A stretch of DNA of 63,391 bases, counting the filler. It is 13 parts of 13 records of this genome, joined end to end, with 100 filler letters (N's around TTAATTAATTAA, not from the genome) between each part and the next. Parts side by side here need not be neighbours in the genome. Positions count along the whole stretch, not along the records: positions 60,714 to 63,391 come from SRR20825014_155; 12 more parts are not named here. One strand, given 5' to 3'. Of the stretch, positions 62,342 through 63,391 are shown in pieces. The translations under genes were made by a program, and so were the position numbers. How positions within the stretch are numbered: position 1 is the first letter of the stretch; every line of letters begins with the position of its first letter. Below the pieces are notes generated by a model. The model had not been told where the DNA came from and ran no database searches. It worked only from the letters and a program-made list of their open reading frames with translations.

Positions 62342-63391
62342 TTACAGCTCAGGGCCAAGGGTTGGCCTCCGACGTGGATCCCGCATGAAGCTGGTGTTCC
62401 GTGTGGTACTACTGCTATTATCGATGAGGATGCTGCTATCTGCCCTATTCCTAGACGGCTGTTGGGATGAGCCGTACTCGATCCCCTGCTGGCGCTCATA
62501 CGCACCAGAGGGTCGCACCACGGCTGTCATTCCCCGACTACGAGAATCGTACTGGGGCCGTGAGGTACTTGCAGATGTAGGGGTGCGACGAGCAAGGGCC
62601 TCGGGGGACTCAATATCGACGTGCATGGGGCTGTTTACGCCGGCATCGGATCGAAAGTGGCGACTGTTTTCATCATAGTCCATTGTAGTGGATGTAGTGC
62701 TATCATTCGCGGTTTCAAGACCACCGCTCTTCCTGGGGGTACTACCGCTTACATAATGATGGTGGGCAAGATGGTGTTGTTGTTGGACATTGTGCGAAGA
62801 GACTCGTCTCTGAGGATTGTGGTGTTGTTGTGCGGAGGAGGCGGTGGGGAATGCTGGGTTGGAGTTGTCAATTGGTGTTACTGGGGAAGATTGGCCGTTG
62901 CCTTCTTGGTGGCTAGCTCCCCTGGAGGAGGAGGCGGTTCGCAAGTTGGTAGTAGCGGATGGGAGGTCGTCGACATTACCCCCCTCTCCACTAGTTCCCA
63001 AACTGTCTGCACCTCCAGCACCACTGGCACCCCCTGGTAGGGGATCGCCATTACTTCCAAGCCTAGCAAGTCCACCCCCATCATTGTCATCGGAAGGGAC
63101 AGCATCATCATCAACTAGTCGCTCACCAGTAGGTCCGTATGCAGTGTAATCTACCTCCTCAACAGCATCATCATCATCATCGTCTTCCTTATCCCCATCC
63201 TGCATCTCCCATCCCTGCTGAGGGCCCCCAAATCCAAAGCACCTAGCCAGATAACTAGAGCTATTAGGTGCGCTGGGCATGGAGCCGTTAGTAGTAGGAG
63301 CAGAGAGGGAGGAGACCCCTCCAATGTAGGTAATACCAGTGAAATAGGGACTATCCGGGTCTGTTACATCTCCTCCTAGCTGGAAGGCCGA
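62342..63391 (-). CDS. Low-complexity C-terminal part of a eukaryotic hypothetical protein, open to the window edge
   Basis: Frame of ORF 62342..63280 has no stop up to 63391; Ser/Gly/Asp/His-rich. Confidence 0.55.
   Translation of the reverse strand, partial: SAFQLGGDVTDPDSPYFTGITYIGGVSSLSAPTTNGSMPSAPNSSSYLARCFGFGGPQQGWEMQDGDKEDDDDDDAVEEVDYTAYGPTGERLVDDDAVPSDDNDGGGLARLGSNGDPLPGGASGAGGADSLGTSGEGGNVDDLPSATTNLRTASSSRGASHQEGNGQSSPVTPIDNSNPAFPTASSAQQHHNPQRRVSSHNVQQQHHLAHHHYVSGSTPRKSGGLETANDSTTSTTMDYDENSRHFRSDAGVNSPMHVDIESPEALARRTPTSASTSRPQYDSRSRGMTAVVRPSGAYERQQGIEYGSSQQPSRNRADSSILIDNSSSTTRNTSFMRDPRRRPTLGPEL

Overview
This window is not one locus. It is 13 unrelated assembly contigs joined by 100-nt artificial spacers (44 N + TTAATTAATTAA + 44 N), so adjacency across spacers is meaningless. 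Taxonomic calls rest on composition and gene content only. Four contigs are AT-rich and Flavobacteriaceae-like: 1-10247 (bshA, GH3, Fe-S, MlaD, amidase housekeeping block), 10348-20418 (xylan-type PUL fragment with a hybrid two-component system), 31368-35196 (AraC+SDR module, Hsp15, FKBP) and 51064-54825 (tandem metallophosphoesterase/beta-barrel genes). Two are Rhodobacteraceae-like: 20519-27306 (spoT-rpoZ-folK-NYN-luxR-ispH-rnhA) and 27407-31267 (dinB-SPFH-pyrF-clpB). Two are Rhodospirillales-like: 40345-45142 (CoA transferase, ccmABCDEF) and 47380-50963 (DD-carboxypeptidase, phasin, clpS). Two are Myxococcota/Bradymonadales-like: 45243-47279 and 57454-60613. Three are eukaryotic: 35297-40244 (MetH, presequence protease) and 54926-57353 (La, calpain) look kinetoplastid-like, and 60714-63391 is low complexity. 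No CRISPR array, rRNA, transposase or integrase was seen. Best leads: (1) an SDR+AraC module bounded by a 10-bp inverted core (GTTAGCGGTA) and a ~65-75 bp direct repeat, which resembles an integron-like gene cassette; (2) an unannotated structured sRNA with a Bacteroidetes promoter and 21-bp-spaced direct repeats, divergent from the PUL HTCS; (3) an alphaproteobacterial sRNA with an anti-Shine-Dalgarno loop behind an RpoH-type promoter; (4) tandem phosphatase + kinase-like + Omp85-barrel proteins; (5) a phasin with a long Ala/Lys/Pro-rich N-terminal arm.
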